This document shows positions 12,746 through 20,893 of a DNA stretch of 64,000 nt, piece after piece. This DNA comes from Burkholderiales bacterium (GTDB lineage Bacteria > Pseudomonadota > Gammaproteobacteria > Burkholderiales > SG8-39). The DNA lies in the NCBI GenBank assembly GCA_035310985.1, contig DATGDH010000139.1, positions 95,214-159,213 of the forward strand. Direction: 5' to 3'. Numbering within the stretch: the first letter of the stretch is position 1; every line of letters starts with the position of its first letter. Below the pieces are notes generated by a model. The model did not search any database, was not told the DNA's origin, and worked only from the letters and a program-made list of their open reading frames with translations. The position numbers were made by a program, and so were the translations under genes.

Positions 12746-13414
12746 CTAGAGGAGGTGGCTAGTCCGATCCGCGCGCTCGCCGCCGCGGTCCTTGTGTTCG
12801 TCGATGGGGTAAGCCCACACCACGTAACGCCCGGGGCCGCCCGCGCGCAGCGCGTCGAAGGGAAAACAGGTCACGAGCGTCAGCCTGGCGGGGCCCTCCT
12901 GCGCTGCGACCCAGGCGTCGCTTCGGTCGAGTACGCGCATCCGGCGCACCGTATACGCGTGGCGCGCGCCGTCGGGCGTTTGGACGATGATCTTCGTTCC
13001 AAGCGCGAGCTTGCGCAGGAACGCGAAGTGCGTGTCGCGATGCCCGCTGATCACGCTGTTCCCGGACGCCCCGGGCAGCGCGGTTCCGGCGAGGTGCCCT
13101 GGGCCGAATGCCATCGCCACGCCGTCGGCACCCTCGAGGACGTAGCGCTCGATGCCGAGCGACGGTACCGACAGGCGCGCGACCGGCCAGGTGTCGGCCC
13201 AGGGCCAGGGCCTCGCGTGCGTCTCGCCCGCGAGCGTTCGCTGCCAGGCTTGCGCGATGAGTGCTTGAGCGATCCAGGCCTTGGCCTGGATCCACGCGCC
13301 GCGCGCGAACTGCCAGCCGCCCGTTGCGACGAGCAACGCGACGAGGACAAGACGCAGGCGCCCGACGCTTTTGCTGCGAGTCCCTGCATTCGATTCGGGC
13401 CAGGCACATTCCAC
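12746..13414 (-). CDS. Sortase of the proteobacterial dedicated sortase system type
   Basis: N-terminal TM (LRLVLVALLVATGGW), catalytic His context VISGHRDTHF, Cys TLVTCFP, Arg GRYVVWA. There is no in-frame ATG. The GTG at 13414 is the first plausible start downstream of the upstream gene's stop (13441). The start is uncertain. Confidence 0.8.
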   Translation of the reverse strand: MECAWPESNAGTRSKSVGRLRLVLVALLVATGGWQFARGAWIQAKAWIAQALIAQAWQRTLAGETHARPWPWADTWPVARLSVPSLGIERYVLEGADGVAMAFGPGHLAGTALPGASGNSVISGHRDTHFAFLRKLALGTKIIVQTPDGARHAYTVRRMRVLDRSDAWVAAQEGPARLTLVTCFPFDALRAGGPGRYVVWAYPIDEHKDRGGERADRTSHLL

Positions 13415-13440
13415 GCCCAGGCACAGCTCCTGGTCGCGTT

Positions 13441-15489
13441 TCACCCAAACCTCCGGCGCCAGCCGACCAAAATTGCGGCGAGCAGGAGAAACAGCATCCC
13501 GCTCAACAGCGCGAAACGGCTGTCGGTGCCGGTCTGCGGCAGTTCGCCGAACACCTTGTCGTACTCCCAGCCTTCCGGCAGGTTGGTCGGCAGATCGGCG
13601 CGCGCGAGCGGCGCGTCCGCGGGCCGCGCCGACGCGCGATCGACCGCGACGAAGCTCGTGTAGCGGGTCACCAGGCGGTGTGCGCGCGCGAGCGCGATCA
13701 CCTGCTCGCGCACCGCGTCGGGAGGCGCACCTTCGCGCAGTGAGTCCATGAGCGAGGCCACCTTGGCGCGCGCCCAGAGCGAATCGATGCCGCTGCCCTG
13801 CGCGCCAGCCGCGAGCGGCACACGCGCTTCCCACACCCGCCCCGCGCGCACTCCGCTCACGCGCAGCTCGCCTTCGAGGCGTTCGAGGGAAGCGCTCACT
13901 ACGAGCGGCTCGCCGGAATAGAGGTCGGGCACGCGCGCGGGCCAGGCTTCGACGTGCGCCGCCTCGGGCCATTGCAGCGTGATCCCCTTCAGCACGGGCG
14001 CTTCGAGCTTGGTGAAGAGCTCGGACATCCTCGCGCCGACCTCGTCGACGCGGCCGATATAGGTGAACGTGCCGCGCCCGAGCTCCGCCGCCTTGCGCAT
14101 GAAGTGGCTGTTTGGCGCCGAGCCGATTCCCACGGTAAAGAGGCGCGAGTCGCCCAGCCGCGCCTGGATCAGGCGAAACAGCTCCTCTTCGTTGCCGACC
14201 GCGCCGTCGGTGAGGAAGACCACCTGTCTCACGCCGGAGCCCGCATCGCCGCCGTTCAAGGCGAGCTTCAGGGCGGAGGCCATCTCGGTCCCGCCGCCGG
14301 CCTCGAGGCTTCGCACCCAGCCGATCGCGCGCCGCACTTGGGCGGTCGCGGCCGGGCGAGCCTCGGCGAACAGCGCCCTCGCGGTCGAGTTGAATTCGAT
14401 GACGTTGAAGCGGTCTTGCGGTTTCAGGCGTTCGAGCGCGAGCGCGAGCGCCTCGCGCGCCTGGCGGATCGACGCGCCGGCCATCGAGCCCGAGGTGTCG
14501 AGCACGAAGATCACTTCGCGCGGAAGCGGCGCCTCGTGCGCCGCCGCCGATGGCATCAGCATCAGCAGCGCGTAGTGGCGCCCGCCCTGCGACTGCGTGA
14601 ACCAGGCGAGCCGGGGCGCCGCGTCGGGGCGCGGCGCCCAGCGCAGCACGAAATCGCGATTGGCCGGAGTGCTGCCTTCGGCGAGCGTGATTTCGCGCTG
14701 CCCCTCGCCGAGCGTTTTGACGTCCACCTGGTGGTAGGGGCTCGAAACCTCGGCCAGGGGCATGCCTGCATCCAGCTCGACGCGGATCGAAACCGGGTTG
14801 GCGGGCGCAGGCCCCTCCTGCGGACGCAGCACGACGGGCGTGATGCGCGCCGCGTCCGTCACGCCGTGCGGGATATAGCGCGGTCCGACCACCATTGGAA
14901 AGCGCAGCGAAAAGCGGCCGTCCCGGTAGCGCAGTGTCTCCAGATATTCGAGTTCGACCACAACGGTATCGTGCGGACCGATGTTCGCCACGCTGGTGGT
15001 GAATATGTTGGGCCTTTCCTGGTCGAGCAGCGCCGCACGGCTGCCCTGCGCCCGCGCCGCTGCGTAGGTCTTCTGGGCGGCCGCGCGCTCTTGGATCTCT
15101 CCTTCTATGGTGCGCTCGCCGATGCGCAGGCGCAGGCGGTCGACGGCCGAGTTCTCGGGCAGCGGGAACACGTAGACGCCCTCGTACCAGCCCTCACCAG
15201 GATTGCGGAAGGTCTGCACCACGCGCGCGCGCACCACCATGCCCGAGACCTGGAACGCCACCGCAGTCGACTGCAGCGGCGCTTCGAGCGCATCGCCGCC
15301 GGCACGCGGGCGCAGGAGCAGTGTGCCCTCGCTCGGCGCATCGGCTGCCCGCGCCTGGCTCGCGAACAGCAGCGTCACGCCGGCGAGCGCAATGGCGGTC
15401 ACGATGCCCAAGGCGGCGGCGAGCGCCACTGAGGCGATGAGATCGAGCGCGATCCGACCGGCTAGGGTTCTTTTTGCGGGCTTGCTCAC
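13441..15489 (-). CDS. Sortase target: secreted VIT-domain plus von Willebrand factor A-domain protein with a C-terminal LPQTG sorting signal
   Basis: VIT-like N-terminal region, vWA MIDAS VIFVLDTSGSMAG, and C-terminus LPQTG-TDSRFALLSGMLFLLLAAILVGW-RRRFG. The GTG at 15489 is preceded by GGAGG (4-nt spacer) and is preferred over the ATG at 15588. Confidence 0.85.
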   Translation of the reverse strand: MSKPAKRTLAGRIALDLIASVALAAALGIVTAIALAGVTLLFASQARAADAPSEGTLLLRPRAGGDALEAPLQSTAVAFQVSGMVVRARVVQTFRNPGEGWYEGVYVFPLPENSAVDRLRLRIGERTIEGEIQERAAAQKTYAAARAQGSRAALLDQERPNIFTTSVANIGPHDTVVVELEYLETLRYRDGRFSLRFPMVVGPRYIPHGVTDAARITPVVLRPQEGPAPANPVSIRVELDAGMPLAEVSSPYHQVDVKTLGEGQREITLAEGSTPANRDFVLRWAPRPDAAPRLAWFTQSQGGRHYALLMLMPSAAAHEAPLPREVIFVLDTSGSMAGASIRQAREALALALERLKPQDRFNVIEFNSTARALFAEARPAATAQVRRAIGWVRSLEAGGGTEMASALKLALNGGDAGSGVRQVVFLTDGAVGNEEELFRLIQARLGDSRLFTVGIGSAPNSHFMRKAAELGRGTFTYIGRVDEVGARMSELFTKLEAPVLKGITLQWPEAAHVEAWPARVPDLYSGEPLVVSASLERLEGELRVSGVRAGRVWEARVPLAAGAQGSGIDSLWARAKVASLMDSLREGAPPDAVREQVIALARAHRLVTRYTSFVAVDRASARPADAPLARADLPTNLPEGWEYDKVFGELPQTGTDSRFALLSGMLFLLLAAILVGWRRRFG
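13444..13542 (-). other. C-terminal cell-wall-type sorting signal (LPQTG motif at 13528..13542, hydrophobic span, RRRFG tail)
   Basis: Direct translation of the last 33 codons of the vWA protein. Confidence 0.8.
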
Positions 15490-15580
15490 GGCGCCTCCAT
15501 CGTTGGTGCGTGCTGGAAGCCGATTACAGGCGCGCGTCGGGGCGGGCGCGCGGCGCGCAAAGGGCGCACCGCTGAGCAAT

Positions 15581-15598
15581 TGTGGCAATCCTGTGGCA
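15581..15598. promoter_or_regulatory. Tandem direct repeat TGTGGCA-N4-TGTGGCA (11-bp phasing) in the divergent promoter region; candidate OmpR-family response-regulator site
   Basis: TGTGGCA at 15581-15587 and 15592-15598. A TATATT -10-like hexamer lies at 15626-15631, 7 nt before the RR ATG. Confidence 0.35.
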
Positions 15599-15638
15599 GC
15601 GGGCGGAGAACGCGCAGCGATCGGCTATATTCGATGTC

Positions 15639-16328
15639 ATGTCACGCCGCATCGCCATCGTCGAGGACGACCCTGCCATACGCGCCAACTACGCCGCCGC
15701 GCTCGGCCGCTACGGCTACGAGGTGGCCACGTACGGCGGCCGCGCCGAGGCGCTCGCCGCGATGAAGTCGCGCCTACCCGACCTCGCCATCATCGACATT
15801 GGCCTGGGGGAGGACGCGGACGGCGGCTTCGCGCTGTGCCGCGAGTTGCGCGCGCTCTCTGCCGCGCTGCCGATCATCTTCCTGACCGCGCGCGACAGCG
15901 ACTTCGACGTGGTCGCCGGCCTGCGTCTGGGTGCCGACGACTATCTCACCAAGGACGTGAGCTTGCCGCACCTCATGGCGCGCATCGCGGCGCTGTTTCG
16001 CCGCGCCGATCTCGCGCGCGAGCCGCCTGCGGCCGAGGAGCGCTTCGAGCGCGGCGCGCTCGCGCTCGACCTGAAGCGCTTCAGCGTAAGCTGGCAGGGT
16101 CGACCCGTCGCGCTCACGCTGACGGAGTTCTGGATGGTGCACGCGCTCGCCAAGTTCCCGGGCCACGTCAAGAATCGCGACCAGCTGATGCGCGAAGCAA
16201 ACTTGGTCGTCGACGACGCCACGGTCACTTCGCACGTGAAGCGCATACGGCACAAGTTCCTCGCCGTCGATGCCGCGTTCGACCGAATCGACACGGTCTA
16301 CGGCATGGGCTACCGCTGGAAGGCCTGA
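15639..16328 (+). CDS. OmpR/PhoB-family response regulator (sortase-system associated)
   Basis: 229 aa with a receiver domain (RIAIVEDDP...DLAIIDIGL) and a winged-helix C-terminus (...RIDTVYGMGYRWK). Confidence 0.9.
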   Translation: MSRRIAIVEDDPAIRANYAAALGRYGYEVATYGGRAEALAAMKSRLPDLAIIDIGLGEDADGGFALCRELRALSAALPIIFLTARDSDFDVVAGLRLGADDYLTKDVSLPHLMARIAALFRRADLAREPPAAEERFERGALALDLKRFSVSWQGRPVALTLTEFWMVHALAKFPGHVKNRDQLMREANLVVDDATVTSHVKRIRHKFLAVDAAFDRIDTVYGMGYRWKA

Positions 16329-16335
16329 GGCTGCA

Positions 16336-17982
16336 ATGCGCGTGCGCATTACCCTGCGGGTCAAGCTCGCGCTGGTCTCGCTCGCCATGCTGGCGCTGCC
16401 CTGGGCAGGATGGCTCTACGTCGGCGAGATGGAGCGCTTCCTGCTCGAGGGACAGGAGCGTGCGCTGCTCGCCACCGCGCGGGCGGTCGCGACCGCGCTG
16501 CACGACCGCCCGCAGCTCCTTGCCGCGGTTCCGGAGCGCGACGATGCGCTGCGACGCGAGGCCGAGGCCGAGCTGCAGCGGCTGACGCAGCAAAGCGGGG
16601 GCGCCGGCGGCACCGAGGCGGACGTACCGCTGGCGCGCGAGGATGCGGTCGCGGCGGGCCCCGCGCGGGAAGAGATCGCCGCCATCCTGCGCGGAGTTGA
16701 GCGTGCCAGCTCGCGCATCTGGGTGGTGAACCGGCGCTACCAGGTGCTCGCGCTCGCCGGCAGTCTGAGGCAGCCCGTACTGCCGGGGCAGGACGGTCTA
16801 CTGCGCTCCTGGTGGCACCGGGCAATCGGCTGGCTGATCCCGGGGCCGACGGAGGACTTCGCCGAAGCTTTGCCCGACGACGTGCTCGCCACCAGTCGCG
16901 ACATCACGGCCGCCCTGCAGGGAACGCCGGGCACGCGCATGCGCCGCACCCCGGACGGCCGCGCCGTGGTCCTCTCCTCCGCCTATCCCATCTGGTCCGG
17001 CGACGAGGTCGCCGGCGCGGTGGTCGCCGAGGAGACGACCAACCCGATCGTCTCGCTGCGCAGCGCTGCGCTCGAGCGCCTGCTCGCGCTCACGCTGGCG
17101 GCGTTCGCGGGCGTCGGTGCGCTGCTGATCGCCTACGCGACGCGGCTGTCGCAGCGTATCCGCCGGCTGCGCGACGAAGCCGAGTCGGCGATCGACGCGC
17201 GCGGCCGCATTACGCGCCTCGCGGCCGGCTCCGATGCCGGCGACGAGATCGGCGACCTGTCGCGCAGCTTCTCGGCCATGCTGGCGCGGCTCGCGCAGCA
17301 CCATGCGTATCTCGAGAGCATGGCCGATCGTCTTTCGCACGAGCTGCGCACGCCGATCGCGGTGGTGCGCTCGTCGCTGGAGAACCTGCAGCTCGCCGCC
17401 GGGCCCGCCGAGCGGCGCCTGTACGTCGAGCGCGCCGAGCAAGGGCTCGCGCGGCTGAACACCATCCTGCAACGCATGACGGAAGCCTCGCGGCTGGAGC
17501 AGAGCCTGCGCGCGTCCGCGCGCGAGCGCTACGACCTGGTGCCGGTGGTACGCGGTTGCGTCGAGGGTTACCGCCTGGCGTACCCGCAGGCGCGCTTCGC
17601 GCTCGAGCTGCCCGAGGAGCGAATGGATGTCGAGGGCTCGCCGGACCTGGCCGCGCAGCTGCTCGACAAGCTGGTGGAGAACGCCGTGGATTTCGCGACC
17701 CCGGGCAGCCCGATCCACGTCTCGCTGGAAGAGGAACGGGGTATGGCGCTGCTCAAGGTGATCGACCGCGGACCCCTGCTGCCGCCCGAGACGCAGGGCC
17801 GGCTGTTCGATTCGATGATCTCGCTGCGCGGCGAGCGGCGCGGCGCCGTGCCGCACCTCGGCCTGGGGCTGTACGTGGCACGCCTGATCGCCGAGTTCCA
17901 CGGCGGCACGATCGCGGCGGACAACCTGCCCGCCGGCGACGGCGTCGCGATCACGGTGCGCCTGCCGATTGCGTGGCGCTAG
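16336..17982 (+). CDS. Sensor histidine kinase (sortase-system associated)
   Basis: 548 aa with an N-terminal TM, a periplasmic region, a second TM, H-box DRLSHELRTPIAVV, and N/G boxes (KLVENAVDF, GLGLYVA). Starts 7 nt after the RR stop. Confidence 0.88.
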   Translation: MRVRITLRVKLALVSLAMLALPWAGWLYVGEMERFLLEGQERALLATARAVATALHDRPQLLAAVPERDDALRREAEAELQRLTQQSGGAGGTEADVPLAREDAVAAGPAREEIAAILRGVERASSRIWVVNRRYQVLALAGSLRQPVLPGQDGLLRSWWHRAIGWLIPGPTEDFAEALPDDVLATSRDITAALQGTPGTRMRRTPDGRAVVLSSAYPIWSGDEVAGAVVAEETTNPIVSLRSAALERLLALTLAAFAGVGALLIAYATRLSQRIRRLRDEAESAIDARGRITRLAAGSDAGDEIGDLSRSFSAMLARLAQHHAYLESMADRLSHELRTPIAVVRSSLENLQLAAGPAERRLYVERAEQGLARLNTILQRMTEASRLEQSLRASARERYDLVPVVRGCVEGYRLAYPQARFALELPEERMDVEGSPDLAAQLLDKLVENAVDFATPGSPIHVSLEEERGMALLKVIDRGPLLPPETQGRLFDSMISLRGERRGAVPHLGLGLYVARLIAEFHGGTIAADNLPAGDGVAITVRLPIAWR

Positions 17983-18008
17983 AATCCGCGCTTTGCCCGA
18001 CCCCAGCG

Positions 18009-18797
18009 ATGAAGCCGCTCGCCGCGCTAAGCAATCCGCGTCGCCTCCGAGGACTGCTGTTCGATATCGACGACACGCTGACCACGGAAGGCCGGCTGAC
18101 CGCGGAAGCCTACGGCGCGCTGCAGGACCTGAAGCAGGCGGGACGCGTGGTCGTGCCGATCACCGGGCGCCCGGCCGGCTGGTGCGATCACATCGCGCGC
18201 ATGTGGCCGGTGGACGCCGTGGTCGGAGAGAACGGCGCGTTCTATTTCTGGTACGACGCTGCGGCCGGCAAGCTGCGGCGCCGCTACCGGGACGCTGAAG
18301 AGGTGCGCGTCGCGAACCGCGCGCGCTTCGACGCGATCGCACGGCGCATCGTCTCCGCCGTGCCGGGCTGCGCGCTCGCAGCGGACCAGAACTACCGCGA
18401 TACGGATCTGGCGATCGACTTCTGCGAGGACGTGCCCGCCTTGCCGCTCGAAGCTGCCGAACGCATCGTTGCGCTGATGCGCGAGGCGGGCCTGCGCGCC
18501 AAGATCAGCTCGATCCACGTGAACGGCTGGTTCGGCGACTACGACAAGCTCGCCACCACGCGAACACTGTTTGCCGAGCGCTTCGGCACCGACCTGGTCG
18601 CCGCCCAGAGCGAGTTCGCGTTTGCGGGCGACTCCCCCAACGACGCGCCGATGTTCGCGTTCTTCGAGCATTCGATCGGCGTGGCGAACGTCGCGCGCTT
18701 TGCCGGGCATCTCGCCGCGGCGCCGAAATTCGTGACGCGGGCCGCGGCCGGCGCAGGCTTTGTCGAGCTCGTCGCCCACCTGTTGGAGCGCAAGTGA
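18009..18797 (+). CDS. HAD-superfamily (IIB-like) phosphatase/hydrolase
   Basis: 262 aa with DxDxT motif LLFDIDDTLT, ITGRP, and C-terminal GDSPNDAPMF. Confidence 0.8.
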   Translation: MKPLAALSNPRRLRGLLFDIDDTLTTEGRLTAEAYGALQDLKQAGRVVVPITGRPAGWCDHIARMWPVDAVVGENGAFYFWYDAAAGKLRRRYRDAEEVRVANRARFDAIARRIVSAVPGCALAADQNYRDTDLAIDFCEDVPALPLEAAERIVALMREAGLRAKISSIHVNGWFGDYDKLATTRTLFAERFGTDLVAAQSEFAFAGDSPNDAPMFAFFEHSIGVANVARFAGHLAAAPKFVTRAAAGAGFVELVAHLLERK

Positions 18798-19591
18798 TCG
18801 AATGGTGGCCGGCGTACCTGGGAGTCGGCGCGGCGGTGGGCTTTCTCGCCGGGCTGCTGGGCGTCGGCGGGGGCATGATCACCGTGCCGATGCTGGTGTT
18901 CGTGTTCACTGCGAAGAATTTTCCGGCGAGTCACCTCATGCACCTGTCGCTCGCCACCGCGATGGCGACTATTCCGTTCACCTCGGCTTCCAGCGTGCGC
19001 GCGCACCACGTGCGCGGCGGCGTGGACTGGCGCGTCGTGCGCGGCATGCTGCCGGGCCTCGCGACCGGCGCCCTGCTCGGCGCGCTGGTGGCCGGCGGCG
19101 TTCCGTCGCGCCCGCTCGCCATCTTCTTCACGGCGTTCATCTTCTATGCGTCGGGAAACATGATGCTCGACGTGCGCCCCAAGCCGACCCGCCAGCTGCC
19201 GGGCAGGCTCGGCCTCGGCGTCACCGGGGGCGTCATGAGTTTCCTCGCCAGTTTCCTCGCCGCGGGCGCGGCGTTCATGAGCGTGCCGTTCATGACCTGG
19301 TGCAACGTCCCGCTCAAGCGCGCGATCGGCACTGCGGCGGCGATCGGCTTCCCCCTGTCGCTCGCCTCGAGCATCGGCTACGTCTACGCGGGCTGGAAAG
19401 TGGCCGGACTGCCGCGCGGCAGTCTGGGCTTCGTTTACGTCCCGGCGCTCGCGCTCATCGTGGCGACCAGCATCCTCACGGTGCCCCTCGGGGCGCGCGT
19501 CTCGCATCATCTGCCCGTGCGCAGGCTGCGCGTCGTCTTCGCGCTCCTGTTGTTCCTGCTCGCGCTGCACATGCTCCTAAGCCTCTGGTGA
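18794..19591 (+). CDS. TauE/SafE-family (sulfite exporter-like) membrane protein
   Basis: 265 aa polytopic protein, GFLAGLLGVGGGMITVPML signature. GTG start overlaps the HAD stop (GTGA). Confidence 0.8.
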   Translation: MIEWWPAYLGVGAAVGFLAGLLGVGGGMITVPMLVFVFTAKNFPASHLMHLSLATAMATIPFTSASSVRAHHVRGGVDWRVVRGMLPGLATGALLGALVAGGVPSRPLAIFFTAFIFYASGNMMLDVRPKPTRQLPGRLGLGVTGGVMSFLASFLAAGAAFMSVPFMTWCNVPLKRAIGTAAAIGFPLSLASSIGYVYAGWKVAGLPRGSLGFVYVPALALIVATSILTVPLGARVSHHLPVRRLRVVFALLLFLLALHMLLSLW

Positions 19592-19654
19592 CGCGCTGCG
19601 CGCGCGGCTCGCTCTGTGGTAATAAGATTCCTGCTTCCGTTTGAGGACAAATGA

Positions 19655-20878
19655 ATGGCAGGCCCCTTATCGCATATCCGTGTTCTCGACCTCTCGCGCG
19701 TGCTCGCGGCGCCATGGGCAGGACAGAACCTCGCCGATCTTGGCGCCGAAGTCATCAAGGTCGAACGTCCGCACAAAGGCGATGATTCCCGCGCTTTCGG
19801 CCCGCCGTGGCTGAAGGACTCCGCCGGCAAGGACACCGGGGAGTCCGCGTACTTCGCCTGCGCCAACCGCGGCAAGAAGTCGATTACCGTCAACCTGGCT
19901 GCTGCGGACGGTCAGCAGATAGTGCGCGAGCTGGCGGCAAAGTGCGACGTGCTGCTGGAGAACTACAAGCCCGGTGACCTCGGGCGCTACGGCCTGGGCT
20001 ACGACGATTTGAAGCACGTGAATCCGCGGCTGGTGTACTGCTCGGTTACCGGCTTCGGTCACACCGGCCCCTATCGGGATCGACCGGGCTACGACTTCAT
20101 GATCCAGGGCATGGGCGGGCTGATGAGCGTTACTGGCGAGCGCGACGAGCTACCGGGCGGCGGGCCGCAAAAAGCGGGCATCCCGATCGCCGACCTCATC
20201 ACCGGGATGTACGCGACGGTCGCCGTGTGCGCGGCGCTGGCACACCGCGCCGAGACCGGCGTTGGCCAGCACCTCGACCTGGCCCTGCTTGACTCGCAGG
20301 TGGCGGTGCTGGCGAACCAGGGCGCGAACTATCTCGCGACCGGAATCTCACCGCGTCGCCTGGGAAATGCGCACCCGAATATCGTGCCCTACCAGACCTT
20401 CAAGACCGCCGACGGAGACGTGATCCTCGCCTGCGGGAACGATAATCTGTTTCGCAAGTTCTGCGAGGTGGCGCAGTGCCAGCACCTCGCCACAGATGAG
20501 CGCTTCGCGACCAATGGCAAGCGGGTCGAGAATCGTGCCGCGCTGACGCAGATCCTGAGCGAAGTCTTCCGCGCGCGTACGACCCGTGACTGGACCGAGA
20601 CGCTGGAAATGGCAGGCGTACCGAACGGCCCGATCAATACGCTCGAGCAAGTATTCCGCGAGCCGCAAGCGGTCGCGCGGGGACTGAAGATCGAAATCCC
20701 GCATCCACTTGCCGGAAAGGTGGCACTGGTGCGAAGCCCGATGCGTTTCTCGCAAACGCCGCTCGAGCACAATGTCCCCCCGCCCCTTTTGGGGCAGCAT
20801 ACCGACGAAATTCTGCGCGGTCTGCTCCGCCGGAGCGACGTCGATATAGAGAAGCTGCGCGCCGACGGCGCGATCTGA
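19655..20878 (+). CDS. Family III CoA-transferase (CaiB/BaiF family)
   Basis: 407 aa, PLSHIRVLDLSRVLAAPWAGQNLADLGAEVIKVE...NYKPG...GYDFMIQGMGGLMS typical of the family. Confidence 0.88.
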   Translation: MAGPLSHIRVLDLSRVLAAPWAGQNLADLGAEVIKVERPHKGDDSRAFGPPWLKDSAGKDTGESAYFACANRGKKSITVNLAAADGQQIVRELAAKCDVLLENYKPGDLGRYGLGYDDLKHVNPRLVYCSVTGFGHTGPYRDRPGYDFMIQGMGGLMSVTGERDELPGGGPQKAGIPIADLITGMYATVAVCAALAHRAETGVGQHLDLALLDSQVAVLANQGANYLATGISPRRLGNAHPNIVPYQTFKTADGDVILACGNDNLFRKFCEVAQCQHLATDERFATNGKRVENRAALTQILSEVFRARTTRDWTETLEMAGVPNGPINTLEQVFREPQAVARGLKIEIPHPLAGKVALVRSPMRFSQTPLEHNVPPPLLGQHTDEILRGLLRRSDVDIEKLRADGAI

Positions 20879-20893
20879 GCTGCTGTCGGACGC

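Noticed and set aside
12759-13448. 229-aa minus-strand ORF with an ATG start overlapping the sortase gene in a different frame.
   Set aside because: Its product is Arg-rich with no motifs, whereas the other frame carries the sortase His/Cys/Arg signature. I therefore accepted a non-ATG (GTG) start for the sortase rather than this ORF.
16812-18008. Upstream 399 codons of the 661-aa track ORF 16812..18797, an apparent long N-terminal extension of the HAD hydrolase.
   Set aside because: This stretch overlaps the histidine kinase in another frame and translates to Arg/Ala-rich nonsense. The HAD domain, with its DxDxT motif, begins right after the ATG at 18009. Similar rejected N-terminal extensions are 23710..24078 (FAD/FeS enzyme), 57259..57534 (RND), 13415..13972 (sortase), 27684..28142 (lgt) and 42891..43118 (dsbD).
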